Assembly: GCA_964480435.1 (NCBI GenBank)
Contig: CAYZSS010000001.1
Span: 36,147-44,603 of the forward strand
Direction of reading: 5' to 3'
From: an uncultured archaeon
Lineage (GTDB): Archaea; Iainarchaeota; Iainarchaeia; Iainarchaeales; 0-14-0-20-30-16
Length of the DNA: 8,457 bases
Shown piece by piece: positions 6,849 to 8,457 of the stretch. The notes beneath the pieces are model-generated. The model was not told the DNA's origin, made no database searches, and saw only the letters and a list, made by a program, of their open reading frames with translations. Numbering within the stretch: position 1 is the stretch's first letter; each line of letters begins with the position of its first letter. Made by a program: the position numbers and the translations under genes.

Positions 6849-6870
6849 AATAAATTACAAATAAGAAGAT

Positions 6871-6880
6871 AATAAAAATA
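6871..6880 (-). promoter_or_regulatory. Candidate TATA-like element for a leaderless rad50 transcript, abutting the Nudix stop codon
   Basis: The minus strand reads TATTTTTATT, centred ~27 nt upstream of the rad50 ATG (6848). No SD-like purine motif occurs in the 35-nt gap. The alternative is plain co-transcription with the upstream Nudix gene. Confidence 0.3.
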
Positions 6881-6883
6881 GTT

Positions 6884-7351
6884 TTACTCTTTTAGCAAAT
6901 TTAAGGCTGTTTTAGAATACATTACAATATGGGGTTTTAAATCATAATTAGGATCATCTAATTCTTCTTTAGTAAACCATTTTGTTGCATCGCTTTTTTC
7001 TTTTTCTGAAAGATACAATTTATTACTTTTGGTTTTTGCAAAATAAACAAGTGTTACATGCTCATGATTATCATTTATTCGGTGCCTATTCAAAAAAATT
7101 GGTGGAATTAACTCTGAATAATTTTTTGATTTTTCCAAAGAGCAAGAATTAGGCTGATAAAGAGTAATATCCAAGCCCACCTCTTCTTTTACTTCTCTTA
7201 TTGCTGCTATATTTGGATCTTCATCTAATTCTATATGCCCACCAACACTTAACCATAACTTGTATTTATCATGTTTGCGTAAAAGAACTTGATTTTTATA
7301 TACTACAAATACTTCTACAGTAAAATCAATTTTGTCATGTATGTGGGGCAT
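6884..7351 (-). CDS. Nudix (MutT-family) hydrolase
   Basis: 155-aa ORF with a perfect Nudix box G-x5-E-x7-R-E-U-x-E-E-x-G-U: GHIELDEDPNIAAIREVKEEVGL (residues 38-60). The N-terminal 'PHIHDKIDFTV' resembles a Nudix subgroup that carries an HxH motif ahead of the fold. A GGTGA SD (complement of 7356..7360) lies 4 nt upstream of the ATG. Substrate cannot be inferred from sequence. Confidence 0.9.
   Translation of the reverse strand: MPHIHDKIDFTVEVFVVYKNQVLLRKHDKYKLWLSVGGHIELDEDPNIAAIREVKEEVGLDITLYQPNSCSLEKSKNYSELIPPIFLNRHRINDNHEHVTLVYFAKTKSNKLYLSEKEKSDATKWFTKEELDDPNYDLKPHIVMYSKTALNLLKE
7172..7240 (-). other. Nudix box (catalytic signature)
   Basis: Encodes GHIELDEDPNIAAIREVKEEVGL and matches every fixed position of GX5EX7REUXEEXGU. 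Confidence 0.9.
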
Positions 7352-7386
7352 AAATTCACCAAAAAATAAAAATAGAAAAAGAAGAA

Positions 7387-8358
7387 TTACTTCTTATATT
7401 TTACATCCTTTTCTTCTTGATCCTCAATACCATTATCTGTAACCTTATAGACTACTTCCCCATCAGGTAGATATGGACTATCAACCAATTTAGCAATTCT
7501 TGTTTGACCAGGGCCTTTTCTTAGATATAATCTTGTTTTTGATGCGTGTCCAACAATGTTTCCACCTATTGGCTCAGTAGGATCTCCAAATAACTGATCT
7601 GGTTTTGACATTACTTGGTTTGTAACTAATATTGCAACATTACAAGATTCAGCTAATTTTGCTAAAGCTCTCATATGGGTATTAAGCTTTTGCTGTCTAT
7701 CAGCTAACAACCCTCTTCCAATGTATTCAGATCTAAATTGGGCTGTCAAAGAATCCACAATTATTAGTTTTATGTTTTTTTCTTTAATTATTTCTTTTGC
7801 TTTTTCTACTAAAAGCATTTGGTGATCTGCGGTATATGCTCTTGCAACAAAAATATTTCTCAAAACAGAAGTGGTGTCTAACCCATATTTTTCAGCAATT
7901 TTTATTACTCTCTCAGGTCTAAAAGAATTTTCAGAGTCAATATAGAATACATTTCCTTCTAACCCGCCTTGTTCACGTGGCATTTGTGCAGTAACACAAG
8001 TTTCAAAACACCACTGAGTTTTTCCAGTACCATATTTTCCATAAACTTCGGTAATACTCTGCGTTTCTAAACCACCACCAAGAAGAGCATCTATTGACTT
8101 ACTTCCAAGAGTCATTTTTCCAATTGTTTTTCTTTTTTCTAAAAAATCTTCTGCAGTCATTACCCCAGAATCTAAAGCCCCTCTTGCTGCTGCAATAGCT
8201 TTTACTGCTGTAGCTTCACCTACTCCTGCTACTGAAACCAATTCCATAGGGGACGCCACTGCAATACTCTCTATTGTTTTATATCCACCTGTAAATAATT
8301 TCTCTTCCGCTGCAGGACCTATTCCTGGCAAATCTGATACTTTCTTTATTTCCCCCAT
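7387..8358 (-). CDS. radA: DNA repair and recombination protein RadA (archaeal Rad51/RecA-family recombinase)
   Basis: 323-aa ORF. The N-terminal helix-hairpin-helix domain includes LPGIGPAAEEKL and VAGVGEATAVKAI. Walker A is GKYGTGKT (8017..8040) and Walker B is KLIIVDSL. The L2-region sequence is GGNIVGHASKTRLYLRKG and the C-terminal motif is YKVTDNGIED. Length and domain order are typical of full-length archaeal RadA rather than the shorter RadB, and there is no intein. Confidence 0.95.
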   Translation of the reverse strand: MGEIKKVSDLPGIGPAAEEKLFTGGYKTIESIAVASPMELVSVAGVGEATAVKAIAAARGALDSGVMTAEDFLEKRKTIGKMTLGSKSIDALLGGGLETQSITEVYGKYGTGKTQWCFETCVTAQMPREQGGLEGNVFYIDSENSFRPERVIKIAEKYGLDTTSVLRNIFVARAYTADHQMLLVEKAKEIIKEKNIKLIIVDSLTAQFRSEYIGRGLLADRQQKLNTHMRALAKLAESCNVAILVTNQVMSKPDQLFGDPTEPIGGNIVGHASKTRLYLRKGPGQTRIAKLVDSPYLPDGEVVYKVTDNGIEDQEEKDVKYKK

Positions 8359-8363
8359 GTTTT

Positions 8364-8370
8364 CCCCTCC
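8364..8370 (-). promoter_or_regulatory. Shine-Dalgarno sequence of radA (GGAGGGG)
   Basis: The minus strand reads TTAGGAGGGGAAAAC-ATG, putting the motif 5 nt upstream of the start codon. Confidence 0.6.
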
Positions 8371-8457
8371 TAATTAATATTTCTAATTACAAAACTTTAT
8401 TTTTCATTTTAAAAAATTATTCGCACGGCCAAAAAGTTAATTTCTCTTAACAAGAAA

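Noticed and set aside
7387-8358. Checked radA (and rad50) for inteins or frameshifts, which occur in some archaeal recombinase and ATPase genes.
   Set aside because: The RadA length (323 aa) and motif spacing are canonical. There are no Cys/Ser...His-Asn splice-junction insertions and the frames are uninterrupted.
8371-8457. Right-edge sequence upstream of radA. It could hold the 3' end of another minus-strand gene (one frame reads ...FLVKRN* and another ...FLLREINFLAVRIIF*), and it contains the GC-rich blip CGCACGGCC (8422..8430).
   Set aside because: Fewer than 20 codons are visible in any frame, so no gene call can be supported. The GC blip has no complementary arm nearby to form a hairpin. 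TATA-like strings (TTTTAAAA, AAAATAAAG) are present, but the radA promoter cannot be pinned down from sequence alone.

Overview
AT-rich archaeal chromosomal segment. The archaeal call rests on a RadA recombinase with an N-terminal HhH domain, a Rad50 with a zinc hook, an EndoQ-type PHP nuclease, and a class III (type IV prepilin-like) signal peptide. The low G+C, tight gene spacing and small gene set suggest a small-genome, DPANN-like lineage, but that is inference only. I support eight protein-coding genes, seven of them on the minus strand. From right to left on the minus strand they are: radA (7387..8358), a Nudix hydrolase (6884..7351), rad50 (4344..6848), a 74-aa Cys-rich protein (4100..4324), endonuclease Q (1662..2912), a pilin-like protein with a Cys-rich ectodomain and C-terminal leucine-rich repeats (413..1594), and the 5' end of a SecF/SecD-like gene (1..278). 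The only plus-strand gene is a roughly 11-12 TM TctA/DUF112-like membrane protein (2960..4117). I found no rRNA, tRNA, CRISPR array, transposase or long DNA repeat. Three observations stand out: (1) the prepilin-like LRR protein with an unusually long basic leader, a candidate surface adhesin; (2) rad50 has no adjacent mre11 and sits between a Nudix gene and a small Cys-rich gene, within a radA / nudix / rad50 / endoQ genome-maintenance neighbourhood; (3) the small metal-binding-looking protein 19 nt downstream of rad50. Two ORF-track starts look too long (1609 should be 1594, and 4396 should be 4324). All homology statements come from motif recognition by eye and no searches were run.
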